A stretch of 64,000 bases of DNA, from NCBI RefSeq assembly GCF_009914755.1, contig NC_060948.1. One strand, 5' to 3'. Every line of letters starts with the position of its first letter. Position 1 is the stretch's first letter. The position numbers were made by a program, and so were the translations under genes. The DNA comes from the human T2T-CHM13v2.0 reference genome, Homo sapiens. Under the pieces are notes generated by a model, which saw nothing but the letters and a program-made list of their open reading frames with translations, made no database searches and was not told where the DNA came from. Positions 42,646 through 56,881 of this stretch are shown piece after piece.

Positions 42646-45600
42646 TAGAGTGAAATGGAATCGAACCACAAGGAATGGAGAGGAATAGAATGGTCTCGAA
42701 TTGAATGGAATCGTATGGAATGGCATCAAACGGAATGGAATGGACAGCCACGGAATGGAATGCACTCGAATGCAATGGAGTCGAAACTAATGGACTGGAA
42801 TAGAATGGACTCGACTGGTACGGACTCCAATGGAATGGAATCGAATGGAAGGGAATCGAATGGAATGGACTCGAAGGGAAAAGACTGCAATGGAAAGGTC
42901 TCGAATGGAATGGAAATTAATGGAATGGAATGGAATCGAATGAAATGGAGTCAAAAGGAATGGAATCGAATGGCAAGAAATCGAATGTAATGGAATCGCA
43001 AGGAATTGATGTGAACGGAACGGAATGGAATGGAATCCAAAGGAATGGAATAGAATGGAATGGAATCGAATGGAAAGGACTCGAATGGAAATCACTCGAA
43101 TAGAATGCAATTTAATAAAATAGGATCAAATGTAATGGAATGGAATGGAAAGGAATCGAAACGAAAGGAATGGAGACAGATGGATTGGAATAGAACAGAG
43201 AGCAATGGTATAGAATGGAATGGAATCATCTGGAATGGAATTGAATGGAATGGAATAATATGAAATGGAATGGAATGGAATGGAATGGAATGCCCTTGAA
43301 TTAAATGGACTGGAATGGAATGGACTCGAACAGAGTGGAATGGAAAGTGTTGAGATAGAATGGAATGGACTCCTTTGGAATGGTCTAGTACGCAATGCAA
43401 TCGACTGGCAGGGAATCAAAAGGAATGTAATCGAATGGATTGGACTGGAATGCAATGGACTCGAATAGATTGCAAACGGGATGCAAAGGAATGGAATGGA
43501 ATAGTATGGAATGGAATGGAAAGGAATGGAGTGGAATAGACTAGAGTGGAATGGAATGGACTGGAAAGCAATGGACTGGAATGGAACTTTCTTGAATGGA
43601 CTGGAATCAAACGGAATGGAATGCAATGCAATCAAATGGCATGGAATAAAATAGAATGAAAGAGAATCAAATGGAATTGAATCGAATGGAATCGAATGGA
43701 TTGGAAAGGAATAGAATGGAATGGAATGGAATGGACTCAAATGGAATGGACTAGAATGGAATGGATTCGAATGGAAGGCAAAGGAATGGAATCTATTGGA
43801 ATGGACTGTAATGGAATGGAATGGAAGGGATTCGAATGGACTCGAATGGAATGGACTGCAATAGAAAGGGTTCGAATGGAATGAAAAAGAATTGAATGGA
43901 ATAGAACAGAATGGAATCAAATCGAATGAAATGGAATGGAATAGAAAGGAATGGAATGAAATGGAATGGAAAGGATTCGAATGGAATGCAATCGAATGGA
44001 ATGGAATCGAACGGAATGGAATAAAATGGAAGAAAACTGGCAAGAAATGGAATCGAAATGAATGGAGTGTTATGGAACGGACTCAAAAGGAATTGAATGT
44101 AATAGAATGGAGTGGAGTGGACTCGAATATAATGGACTGGAATGGAATGAAATCACATGGAATGGGAACGAATGGAATGGAATGGAAAGGAATGGAATCG
44201 AATGGAAAGGAATCGAATGGAAGGGAATGAAATTGAATCAACAGGAATGGAAGGGAATAGAATAGACGGTAATGGAATGGACTCGAATAGAATGGACACG
44301 AATGCTCAAATTGAATGGACTCGAATGGAATGGAAACGAAAGGAATGTCATCGAATGGAATTGAATCGATTGGAATGAAATCGCATAGAATGGAGTGGAA
44401 TCAAATGGAATTGAATCGAAAGGAAAGGAAGCGAATGGACTGAAATGAAATGGAATGGAATTGAATGGAAAGTAATGCAATGGAATAGAATGGAACGAAA
44501 TTTCACGGAATGGAATCAAACTGAATGGAATCAAATCAATGGAATCAAATCAAATGGAATGGAAAGGAATTGAATGGAGTAGATTGGATTGGATGGGATT
44601 GGAATGAAATGTACTGGAAAGGACTCGAATTTCATGAAACGGAATGGAATGAATTGGAACGGAATGGACTCGAATGGAATGGAATGTCATGGAATGGCAT
44701 CAAATGGAATGGCATCAAATGGAATGGAATCGAATGCAATGGAATGCTATGGAATGGAATGGAATGCATTGGAATGGAATGTCCTCTAATGGAATGGATT
44801 CGAGTGGAATGGAATCGAATATAATGGAGTCGAACGAAATGGAATTGAAAGGAATGGGATCGAATACAATGGAATATACTGGAATGTAATGTAATGAACT
44901 CGAATGTAATTGACTGGAATGGAAGGTATATGAATGGAATGTAATCGAATGGAAAGTAATCCAATGGAATAGAATCTAATGCAATAAAATCGACTCAGAT
45001 AGAGTAGCATGTAATGGAATGGAGTGCAGTGCAATGGAACGGAATGGAATGGAATGCAATGGAATGGAATGGAATGGAATGGAATGGAATGGAATGGAAT
45101 GGGATGGGATGGAATGGTATGGAATGGATAGTAATGGACTGGAGTGAAATGGACTGGAAAGGAATGGACTCAAATTGAAAGGGCTCGAAAGGAATGGAGT
45201 CAAATGGAATGGTCTGGAATGGAATGAACACGAATGTAATGCAATCCAATAGAATGGAATCGAATGGCATGGAATATAAAGAAATGGAATCGGAGAGAAT
45301 GGAAACAAATGGAATGGAATTGAATGGAATGGAATTGAATGGAATGGGAACGAATGGAGTGAAATTGTATGCAGTAGAAGGGAATAGAATGGAATGCAAG
45401 CAAAAGGAAAGGAATGGATTGGAATGGAATGGAATTCATTGGAATGGAAGGGAATGTAGTGTAATGGACAGGCCTGGAATAAAGTGCAATGCTACGGTCT
45501 CGAATGGAATAAAAATGTATGGAATGGAATGCAATGAAATGGAATCGAATGTCATAGAATGTAATGGAATGCAACAAAATGGAATCCAATATCATTGACT

Positions 45601-46214
45601 GGAAAGGCTGGGTGTCGAAAGGAATTGACTCCAATGGAATGGAATCGAATGGAATGGAAGTGAATAGAATCGAACTAAATTGAATGGAATGGAATTGATA
45701 GGAACGGAATGGAAAGGAATGCAATGATTTGGCATGGAATGGAATCGAATGGCATCGAATGGAATGGAATGGAATGCAATGGAATGGAATGTATTAGAAT
45801 GGAATGAACTTTAATGGAATGTACTCGAATGGATTCGACTGGAATGGAATGTTCTGGAAGTGAATGGACTCCAATGGAATGGATTCAAAAGGAATGGAAT
45901 CGTACGGAACGGAATCTAATGGAATGGAATTAAATGGAAATGAATCAAATTGAATAGCACGGAATTGAATTGAATGGAATGGAATGCAATGGAATCTAAT
46001 GAAACGGAAAGGAAAGGAATGGAATGGAATGGAATGGGCTGGAATGGAAAGGAATCGAAACGAATGGAATGGAATCGAACTGAAGAGACTGGAATGGAAT
46101 GCACTGGAATGGAAGGGAGTGTAATGGAAGGTTCTCGAAAAAAATGGAATCGAATGGAATGGAATTGAATGGAACGGAATAGAGTCGAATGGAATTGAAT
46201 GGAATGGAATGGAC
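42646..46214 (+). repeat. DYZ1 unit 13 (3569 bp)
   Basis: Anchor-to-anchor distance; HaeIII at 45471. Confidence 0.88.
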
Positions 46215-49200
46215 TAGAGTGAAATGGAATCGAACCACAAGGAATGGACATGAATAGAATGGTCTCGAATTGAATGGAATCGTATGGAATGGCATCAAAC
46301 GGAATGGAATGGACAGCCACGGAATGGAATGCACTCGAATGCAATGGAGTCGAAACTAATGGACTGGAATAGAATGGACTCGACTGGTACGGACTCCAAT
46401 GGAATGGAATCGAATGGAAGGGAATCGAACGGAATGGACTCGAAGGGAAAAGACTGCAATGGAAAGGTCTCGAATGGAATGGAAATTAATGGAATGGAAT
46501 GGAATCGAATGAAATGGAGTCAAAAGGAATGGAATCGAATGGCAAGAAATCGAATGTAATGGAATCGCAAGGAATTGATGTGAACGGAACGGAATGGAAT
46601 GGAATCCAAAGGAATGGAATAGAATGGAATGGAATCGAATGGAAAGGACTCGAATGGCAATCACTCGAATAGAATGCAATTTAATAAAATAGGATCAAAT
46701 GTAATGGAATGGAATGGAAAGGAATCGAAACGAAAGGAATGGAGACAGATGGAATGGAATGGAACAGAGAGCAATGGTATAGAATGGAATGGAATCATCT
46801 GGAATGGAATTGAATGGAATGGAATAATATGAAATGGAATGGAATGGAATGGAATGGAATGCCCTTGAATTAAATGGACTGGAATGGAATGGACTCGAAC
46901 AGAGTGGAATGGAAAGTGTTGAGATAGAATGGAATGGACTCCTCTGGAATGGTCTAGTATGCAATGCAATCGACTGGCAGGGAATCAAAAGGAATGTAAT
47001 CGAATGGATTGGACTGGAATGCAATGGACTCGAATAGATTGGAAACGGGATGCAAAGGAATGGAATGGAATAGTATGGAATGGAATGGAAAGGAATGGAG
47101 TGGAATAGACTAGAGTGGAATGGAATGGACTGGAAAGCAATGGACTGGAATGGAACTTTCTTGAATGGACTGGAATCAAACGGAATGGAATGCAATGCAA
47201 TCAAATGGCATGGAATAAAATAGAATGAAAGAGAATCAAATGGAATTGAATCGAATGGAATCGAATGGATTGGAAAGGAATAGAATGGAATGGAATGGAA
47301 TGGACTCAAATGGAATGGACTAGAATGGAATGGATTCGAATGGAAGGCAAAGGAATGGAATCTATTGGAATGGACTGTAATGGAATGGAATGGAAGGGAT
47401 TGGAATGGACTCGAATGGAATGGACTGCAATAGAAAGGATTCGAATGGAATGAAAAAGAATTGAATGGAATAGAACAGAATGGAATCAAATCGAATGAAA
47501 TGGAATGGAATAGAAAGGAATGGAATGAAATGGAATGGAAAGGATTCGAATGGAATGCAATCGAATGGAATGGAATCGAACGGAATGGAATAAAATGGAA
47601 GAAAACTGGCAAGAAATGGAATCGAAATGAATGGAGTGTTATGGAACGGACTCAAAAGGAATTGAATGTAATAGAATGGAGTGGAGTGGACTCGAATATA
47701 ATGGACTGGAATGGAATGAAATCACATGGAATGGGAACGAATGGAATGGAATGGAAAGGAATGGAATCGAATGGAAAGGAATCGAATGGAAGGGAATGAA
47801 ATTGAATCAACAGGAATGGAAGGGAATAGAATAGACGGTAATGGAATGGACTCGAATTGAATGGACACGAATGCTCAAATTGAATGGACTCGAATGGAAT
47901 GGAAACGAAAGGAATGTCATCGAATGGAATTGAATCGATTGGAATGAAATCGCATAGAATGGAGTGGAATCAAATGGAATTGAATCGAAAGGAAAGGAAG
48001 CAAATGGACTGAAATGAAATGGAATGGAATTGAATGGAAAGTAATGCAATGGAATAGAATGGAACGAAATTTCACGGAATGGAATCAAACTGAATGGAAT
48101 CAAATCACTGGAATCTAATCAAATGGAATGGAAAGGAATTGAATGGAGTACATTGGATTGGATGGGATTGGAATGAAATGTACTGGAAAGGACTCGAATT
48201 TCATGAAACGGAATGGAATGAATTGGAACGGAATGGACTCGAATGGAATGGAATGTCATGGAATGGCATCAAATGGAATGGCATCAAATGGAATGGAATC
48301 GAATGCAATGGAATGCTATGGAATGGAATGGAATGCATTGGAATGGAATGTCCTCTAATGGAATGGATTCGAGTGGAATGGAATCGAATATAATGGAGTC
48401 GAATGAAATGGAATTGAAAGGAATGGGATCGAATACAATGGAATATACTGGAATGTAATGTAATGAACTAAAATGTAATTGACTGGAATGGAATGTACAT
48501 GAATGGAATGTAATCGAATGGAAAGTAATCCAATGGAATAGAATCTAATGCAATAAAATCGACTCAGATAGAGTAGAATGTAATGGAATGGAGTGCAGTG
48601 CAATGGAATGGAATGGAATGGAATGGAATGGAATGGAATGGAATGGGATGGAATGGTATGGAATGGACAGTAATGGACTGGAGTGAAATGGACTGGAAAG
48701 GAATGGACTCAAATTGAAAGGGCTCGAAAGGAATAGAGACAAATGGAATGGTCTGGAATGGAATGAACACGAATGTAATGCAATCCAATAGAATGGAGTC
48801 GAATGGCATGGAATATAAAGAAATGGAATCGAAGAGAATGGAAACAAATGGAATGGAATTGAACGGAATGGAATTGAATGGAATGGGAACGAATGGAGTG
48901 AAATTGTATGCAGTAGAAGAGAATAGAATGGAATGCAAGCGAAAGGAAAGGAATGGATTGGAATGGAATGGAATTCATTGGAATGGAAGGGAATGTAGTG
49001 TAATGGACAGGCCTGGAATAAAGTGGAATGCTACGGTCTCGAATGGAATAAAAATGTATGGAATGGAATGCAATGAAACGGAATCGAATGTCATAGAATG
49101 TAATGGAATGCAAAAAAATGGAATCCAAAATCATTGACTGGAAAGGCTGGGTGTCGAAAGGAATTGACTCCAATGGAATGGAATCGAATGGAATGGAAGT

Positions 49201-49753
49201 GAATAGAATCGAACTAAATCGAATGGAATGGAATTGATAGGAACGGAATGGAAAGGAATGCAATGATTTGGCATGGAATGGAATCGAATGGCATCGAATG
49301 GAATGGAATGGAATGCAATGGAATGGAATGTATTAGAATGTAATGAACTTTAACGGAATGTACTCGAATGCATTCGACTGGAATGGAATGTTCTGGAAGT
49401 GAATGGACTCCAATGGAATGGATTCAAAAGGAATGGAATCTTACGGAATGGAATCTAATGGAATGGAATTAAATGGAAATGAATCAAATTGAATAGCACG
49501 GAATTGAATTGAATGGAATGGAATGCAATGAAATCTAATGAAACGGAAAGGAAAGGAATGGAATGGAATGGAATGGGCTGGAATGGAAAGGAATCGAAAC
49601 GAATGGAATGGAATCGAACTGAAGAGACTGGAATGGAATGCACTGGAATGGAAGGGAGTGTAATGGAAGGTTCTCGAAAAAAATGGAATCGAATGGAATG
49701 GAATTGAATGGAACGGAATAGAGTCGAATGGAATTGAATGGAATGGAATGGAC
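46215..49753 (+). repeat. DYZ1 unit 14 (3539 bp)
   Basis: Anchor-to-anchor distance; HaeIII at 49010. Confidence 0.88.
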
Positions 49754-52700
49754 TAGAGTGAAATGGAATCGAACCACAAGGAATGGACAGGAATAGAATG
49801 GTCTCGAATTGAATGGGATCGTATGGAATGGCATCAAACGGAATGGAATGGACAGCCACGGAATGGAATGCACTCGAATGCAATGGAGTCGAAACTAATG
49901 GACTGGAATAGAATGGACTCGACTGGTACGGACTCCAATGGAATGGAATCGAATGGAAGGGAATCGAACGGAATGGACTCGAAGGGAAAAGACTGCAATG
50001 GAAAGGTCTCGAATGGAATGGAAATTAATGGAATGGAATGGAATCGAATGAAATGGAGGCAAAAGGAATGGAATCGAATGGCAAGAAATCGAATGTAATG
50101 GAATCGCAAGGAATTGATGTGAACGGAACGGAATGGAATGGAATCCAAAGGAATGGAATAGAATGGAATGGAATCGAATGGAAAGGACTCGAATGGAAAT
50201 CACTCGAATAGAATGCAATTTAATAAAATAGGATCAAATGTAATGGAATGGAATGGAAAGGAATCGAAACGAAAGGAATGGAGACAGATGGAATGGAATG
50301 GAAGAGAGAGCAATGGTATAGAATGGAATGGAATCATCTGGAATGGAATTGAATGGAATGGAATAATATGAAATGGAATGGAATGGAATGGAATGGAATG
50401 CCCTTGAATTAAATGGACTGGAATGGAATGGACTCGAACAGAGTGGAATGGAAAGTGTTGAGATAGAATGGAATGGACTCCTTTGGAATGGTGTAGTATG
50501 CAATGCAATCGACTGGCAGGGAATCAAAAGGAATGTAATCGAATGGATTGGACTGGAATGCAATGGACTCGAATAGATTGGAAACGGAATGCAAAGGAAT
50601 GGAATGGAATAGTATGGAATGGAATGGAAAGGAATGGAGTGGAATAGACTAGAGTGGAATGGAATGGACTGGAAAGCAATGGACTGGAATGGAACTTTCT
50701 TGAATGGACTGGAATCAAACGGAATGGAATGCAATGCAATCAAATGGCATGGAATAAAATAGAATGAAAGAGAATCAAATGGAATTGAATCGAATGGAAT
50801 CGAATGGATTGGAAAGGAATAGAATGGAATGGAATGGAATTGACTCAAATGGAATGGACTAGAATGGAATGGATTCGAATGGAAGGCAAAGGAATGGAAT
50901 CTATTGGAATGGACTGTAATGGAATGGAACGGAAGGGATTGGAATGGACTCGAATGGAATGGACTGCAATAGAAAGGATTCGAATGGAATGAAAAAGAAT
51001 TGAACGGAATAGAACAGAATGGAATCAAATCGAATGAAATGGAATGGAATAGAAAGGAATGGAATGAAATGGAATGGAAAGGATTCGAATGGAATGCAAT
51101 CGAATGGAATGGAATCGAACGGAATGGAATAAAATGGAAGAAAACTGGCAAGAAATGGAATCGAAATGAATGGAGTGTTATGGAACGGACTCAAAAGGAA
51201 TTGAATGTAATAGAATGGAGTGGAGTGGACTCGAATATAATGGACTGGAATGGAATGAAATCACATGGAATGGGAACGAATGGAATGGAATGGAAAGGAA
51301 TGGAATCGAATGGAAAGGAATCGAATGGAAGGGAATGAAATTGAATCAACAGGAATGGAAGGGAATAGAATAGACGGTAATGGAATGGACTCGAATAGAA
51401 TGGACACGAATGCTCAAATTGAATGGACTCGAATGGAATGGAAACGAAAGGAATGTCATCGAATGGAATTGAATCGATTGGAATGAAATCGTGTAGAATG
51501 GAGTGGAATGAAATGGAATTGAATCGAAAGGAAAGGAAGCAAATGGACTGAAATGAAATGGAATGGAATTGAATAGAAAGTTATGTAATGGAATAGAATG
51601 GAACGAAATTTCACGGAATGGAATCAAACTGAATGGAATCAAATCAATGGAATCAAATCAAATGGAATGGATAGGAATTGAATGGAGTAGATTGGATTGG
51701 ATGGGATTGGAATGAAATGTACTGGAAAGGACTCGAATTTCATGAAACGGAATGGAATGAATTGGAACGGAACGGACTCGAATGGAATGGAATGTCATGG
51801 AATGGCATCAAATGGAATGGCATCAAATGGAATGGAATCGAATGCAATGGAATGCTATGGAATGGAATGGAATGCATTGGAATGGAATGTCCTCTAATGG
51901 AATGGATTCGAGTGGAATGGAATCGAATATAATGGAGTCGAATGAAATGGAATTGAAAGGAATGGGATCGAATACAATGGAATATACTGGAATGTAATGT
52001 AATGAACTCGAATGTAATTGACTGGAATGGAATGTACATGAATGGAATGTAATCGAATGGAAAGTAATCCAATGGAATAGAATCTAATGCAATAAAATTG
52101 ACTCAGATAGAGTAGAATGTAATGGAATGGAGTGCAGTGCAATGGAATGGAAAGGAATGGAATGCAATGGAATGGAATGGAATGGAATGGAATGGAACGG
52201 AATGGAATGGTGTGGAATGGATAGTAATGGACTGGAGTGAAATGGGCTGGAAAGGAATGGACTCAAATTGAAAGGGCTCGAAAGGAATGGAGTCAAATGG
52301 AATGGTCTGGAATGGAATGAACACGCAGGTAATGCAATCCAATAGAATGGAATCGAATGGCATGGAATATAAAGAAATGGAATCGAAGAGAATGGAAACA
52401 AATGGAATGGAATTGAGTGGAATGGAATTGAATGGAATGGGAACGAATGGAGTGAAATTGTATGCAGTAGAAGAGAATAGAATGGAATGCAAGCGAAAGG
52501 AAAGGAATGGATTGGAATGGAATGGAATTCATTGGAATGGAAGGGAATGTAGTGTAATGGACAGGCCTGGAATAAAGTGGAATGCTACGGTCTCGAATGG
52601 AATAAAAATGTATGGAATGGAATGCAATGAAACGGAATCGAATGTCATAGAATGTAATGGAATGCAAAAAAATGGAATCCAAAATCATTGACTGGAAAGG

Positions 52701-53307
52701 CTGGGTGTCGAAAGGAATTGACTCCAATGGAATGGAATCGAATGGAATGGAAGTGAATAGAATCGAACTAAATCGAATGGAATGGAATTGATAGGAACGG
52801 AATGGAAAGGAATGCAATGATTTGGCATGGAATGGAATCGAATGGCATCGAATGGAATGGAATGGAATGCAATGGAATGGAATGTATTAGAATGTAATGA
52901 ACTTTAATGGAATGTACTCGAATGGATTCGACTGGAATGGAATGTTCTGGAAGTGAATGGACTCCAATGGAATGGATTCAAAAGGAATGGAATCGTACGG
53001 AATGGAATCTAATGGAATGGAATTAAATGGAAATGAATCAAATTGAATAGCACGGAATTGAATTGAATGAAATGGAATGCAATGGAATCTAATGAAACGG
53101 AAAGGAAAGGAATGGAATGGAATGGAATGGGCTGGAATGGAAAGGAATCGAAACGAATGGAATGGAATCGAACTGAAGAGACTGGAATGGAATGCACTGG
53201 AATGGAAGGGAGTGTAATGGAAGGTTCTCGAAAAAAATGGAATCGAATGGAATGGAATTGAATGGAACGGAATAGAGTCGAATGGAATTGAATGGAATGG
53301 AATGGAC
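49754..53307 (+). repeat. DYZ1 unit 15 (3554 bp)
   Basis: Anchor-to-anchor distance; HaeIII at 52564. Confidence 0.88.
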
Positions 53308-56300
53308 TAGAGTGAAATGGAATCGAACCACAAGGAATGGACAGGAATAGAATGGTCTCGAATTGAATGGAATCGTATGGAATGGCATCAAACGGAATGG
53401 AATGGACAGCCACGGAATGGAATGCACTCGAATGCAATGGAGTCGAAACTAATGGACTGGAATAGAATGGACTCGACTGGTACGGACTCCAATGGAATGG
53501 AATCGAATGGAAGGGAATCGAACGGAATGGACTCGAAGGGAAAAGACTGCAATGGAAAGGTCTCGAATGGAATGGAAATTTATGGAATGGAATGGAATCG
53601 AATGAAATGGAGTCAAAAGGAATGGAATCGAATGGCAAGAAATCGAATGTAATGGAATCGCAAGGAATTGATGTGAACGGAACGGAATGGAATGGAATCC
53701 AAAGGAATGGAATAGAATGGAATGGAATCGAATGGAAAGGACTCGAATGGAAATCACTCGAATAGAATGCAATTTAATAAAATAGGATCAAATGTAATGG
53801 AATGGAATGGAAAGGAATCGAAACGAAAGGAATGGAGACAGATGGAATGGAATGGAACAGAGAGCAATGGTATAGAATGGAATGGAATCATCTGGAATGG
53901 AATTGAATGGAATGGAATAATATGAAATGGAATGGAATGGAATGGAATGGAATGCCCTTGAATTAAATGGACTGGAATGGAATGGACTCGAACAGAGTGG
54001 AATGGAAAGTGTTGAGATAGAATGGAATGGACTCCTTTGGAATGGTGTAGTATGCAATGCAATCGACTGGCAGGGAATCAAAAGGAATGTAATCGAATGT
54101 ATTGGACTGGAATGCAATGGACTCGAATAGATTGGAAACGGAATGCAAAGGAATGGAATGGAATAGTATGGAATGGAATGGAAAGGAATGGAGTGGAATA
54201 GACTAGAGTGGAATGGAATGGACTGGAAAGCAATGGACTGGAATGGAACTTTCTTGAATGGACTGGAACCAAACGGAATGGAATGCAATGCAATCAAATG
54301 GCATGGAATAAAATAGAATGAAAGAGAATCAAATGGAATTGAATCGAATAGAATCGAATGGATTGGAAAGGAATAGAATGGAATGGAATGGAATTGACTC
54401 AAATGGAATGGACTAGAATGGAATGGATTCGAATGGAAGGCAAAGGAATGGAATCTATTGGAATGGACTGTAATGGAATGGAATGGAAGGGATTGGAATG
54501 GACTCGAATGGAATGGACTGCAATAGAAAGGATTCGAATGGAATGAAAAAGAATTGAATGGAATAGAACAGAATGGAATCAAATCGAATGAAATGGAATG
54601 GAATAGAAAGGAATGGAATGAAATGGAATGGAAAGGATTCGAATGGAATGCAATCGAATGGAATGGAATCGAACGGAATGGAATAAAATGGAAGAAAACT
54701 GGCAAGAAATGGAATCGAAATGAATGGAGTGTTATGGAACGGACTCAAAAGGAATTGAATGTAATAGAATGGAGTGGAGTGGACTCGAATATAATGGACT
54801 GGAATGGAATGAAATCACATGGAATGGGAACGAATGGAATGGAATGGAAAGGAATGGAATCGAATGGAAAGGAATCGAATGGAAGGGAATGAAATTGAAT
54901 CAACAGGAATGGAAGGGAATAGAATAGACGGTAATGGAATGGACTCGAATAGAATGGACACGAATGCTCAAATTGAATGGACTCGAATGGAATGGAAACG
55001 AAAGGAATGTCATCGACTGGAATTGAATCGATTGGAATGAAATCGCATAGAATGGAGTGGAATCAAATGGAATTGAATCGAAAGGAAAGGAAGCGAATGG
55101 ACTGAAATGAAATGGAATGGAATTGAATGGAAAGTAATGCAATGGAATAGAATGGAACGAAATTTCACGGAATGGAATCAAACTGAATGGAATCAAATCA
55201 ATGGAATCTAATCAAATGGAATGGAAAGGAATTGAATGGAGTAGATTGGATTGGATGGGATTAGAATGAAATGTACTGGAAAGGACTCGAATTTCATGAA
55301 ACGGAATGGAATGAATTGGAACGGAATGGACTCGAATGGAATGGAATGTCATGGAATGGCATCAAATGGAATGGCATCAAATGGAATGGAATCGAATGCA
55401 ATGGAATGTTATGGAATGGAATGGAATGCATTGGAATGGAATGTCCTCTAATGGAATGGATTCGAGTGGAATGGAATCGAATATAATGGAGTCGAATGAA
55501 ATGGAATTGAAAGGAATGGGATCGAATAGAATGGAATATACTGGAATGTAATGTAATGAACTCGAATGTAATTGACTGGAATGGAATGTACATGAATGGA
55601 AGGTAATCGAATGGAAAGTAATCCAATGGAATAGAATCTAATGCAATAAAACCGACTCAGATAGAGTAGAATGTAATGGAATGGAGTGCAGTGCAATGGA
55701 ATGGAATGGAATTGAATGCAATGGAATGGAATGGAATGGAATGGAATGGAATGGAATGGAATGGAATGGGATGGAATGGTATGGAATGGATAGTAATGGA
55801 CTGGAGTGAAATGGACTGGAAAGGAATGGACTCAAATTGAAAGGGCTCGAAAGGAATGGTGTCAAATGGAATGGTCTGGAATGGAATGAACACGAATGTA
55901 ATGCAGTCCAATAGAATGGAATCGAATGGCATGGAATATAAAGAAATGGATTCGAAGAGAATGGAAAGAAATGGAATGGAATTGAATGGAATGGAATTGA
56001 ATGGAATGGGAACGAATGGAGTGAAATTTTATGCAGTAGAAGGGAATAGAATGGAATGCAAGCGAAAGGAAAGGAATGGATTGGAATGGAATGGAATTCA
56101 TTGGAATGGAAGGGAATGTAGTGTAACGGACAGGCCTGGAATAAAGTGGAATGCTACGGTCTCGAATGGAATAAAAATGTATGGAATGGAATGCAATGAA
56201 ACGGAATCGAATGTCATAGAATGTAATGGAATGCAAAAAAATGGAATCCAAAATCATTGACTGGAAAGGCTGGGTGTCGAAAGGAATTGACTCCAATGGA

Positions 56301-56881
56301 ATGGAATCGAATGGAATGGAAGTGAATAGAATCGAACTAAATCGAATGGAATGGAATTGATAGGAACGGAATGGAAAGGAATGCAATGATTTGGCATGGA
56401 ATGGAATCGAATGGCATCGAATGGAATGGAATGGAATGGAATGCAATGGAATGGAATGTATTAGAATGTAATGAACTTTAATGGAATGTACTCGAATGGA
56501 TTCGACTGGAATGGAACGTTCTGGAAGTGAATGGACTCCAATGGAATGGATTCAAAAGGAATGGAATTGTACGGAATGGAATCTAATGGAATGGAATTAA
56601 ATGGAAATGAATCAAATTGAATAGCACGGAATTGAATTGAATGGAATGGAATGCAATGGAATCTAATGAAACGGAAAGGAAAGGAATGGAATGGAATGGA
56701 ATGGGCTGGAATGGAAAGGAATCGAAACGAATGGAATGGAATCGAACTGAAGAGACTGGAATGGAATGCACTGGAATGGAAGGGAGTGTAATGGAAGGTT
56801 CTCGAAAAAAATGGAATCGAATGGAATGGAATTGAATGGAACGGAATAGAGTCGAATGGAATTGAATGGAATGGAATGGAC
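53308..56881 (+). repeat. DYZ1 unit 16 (3574 bp)
   Basis: Anchor-to-anchor distance; HaeIII at 56133. Confidence 0.88.
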
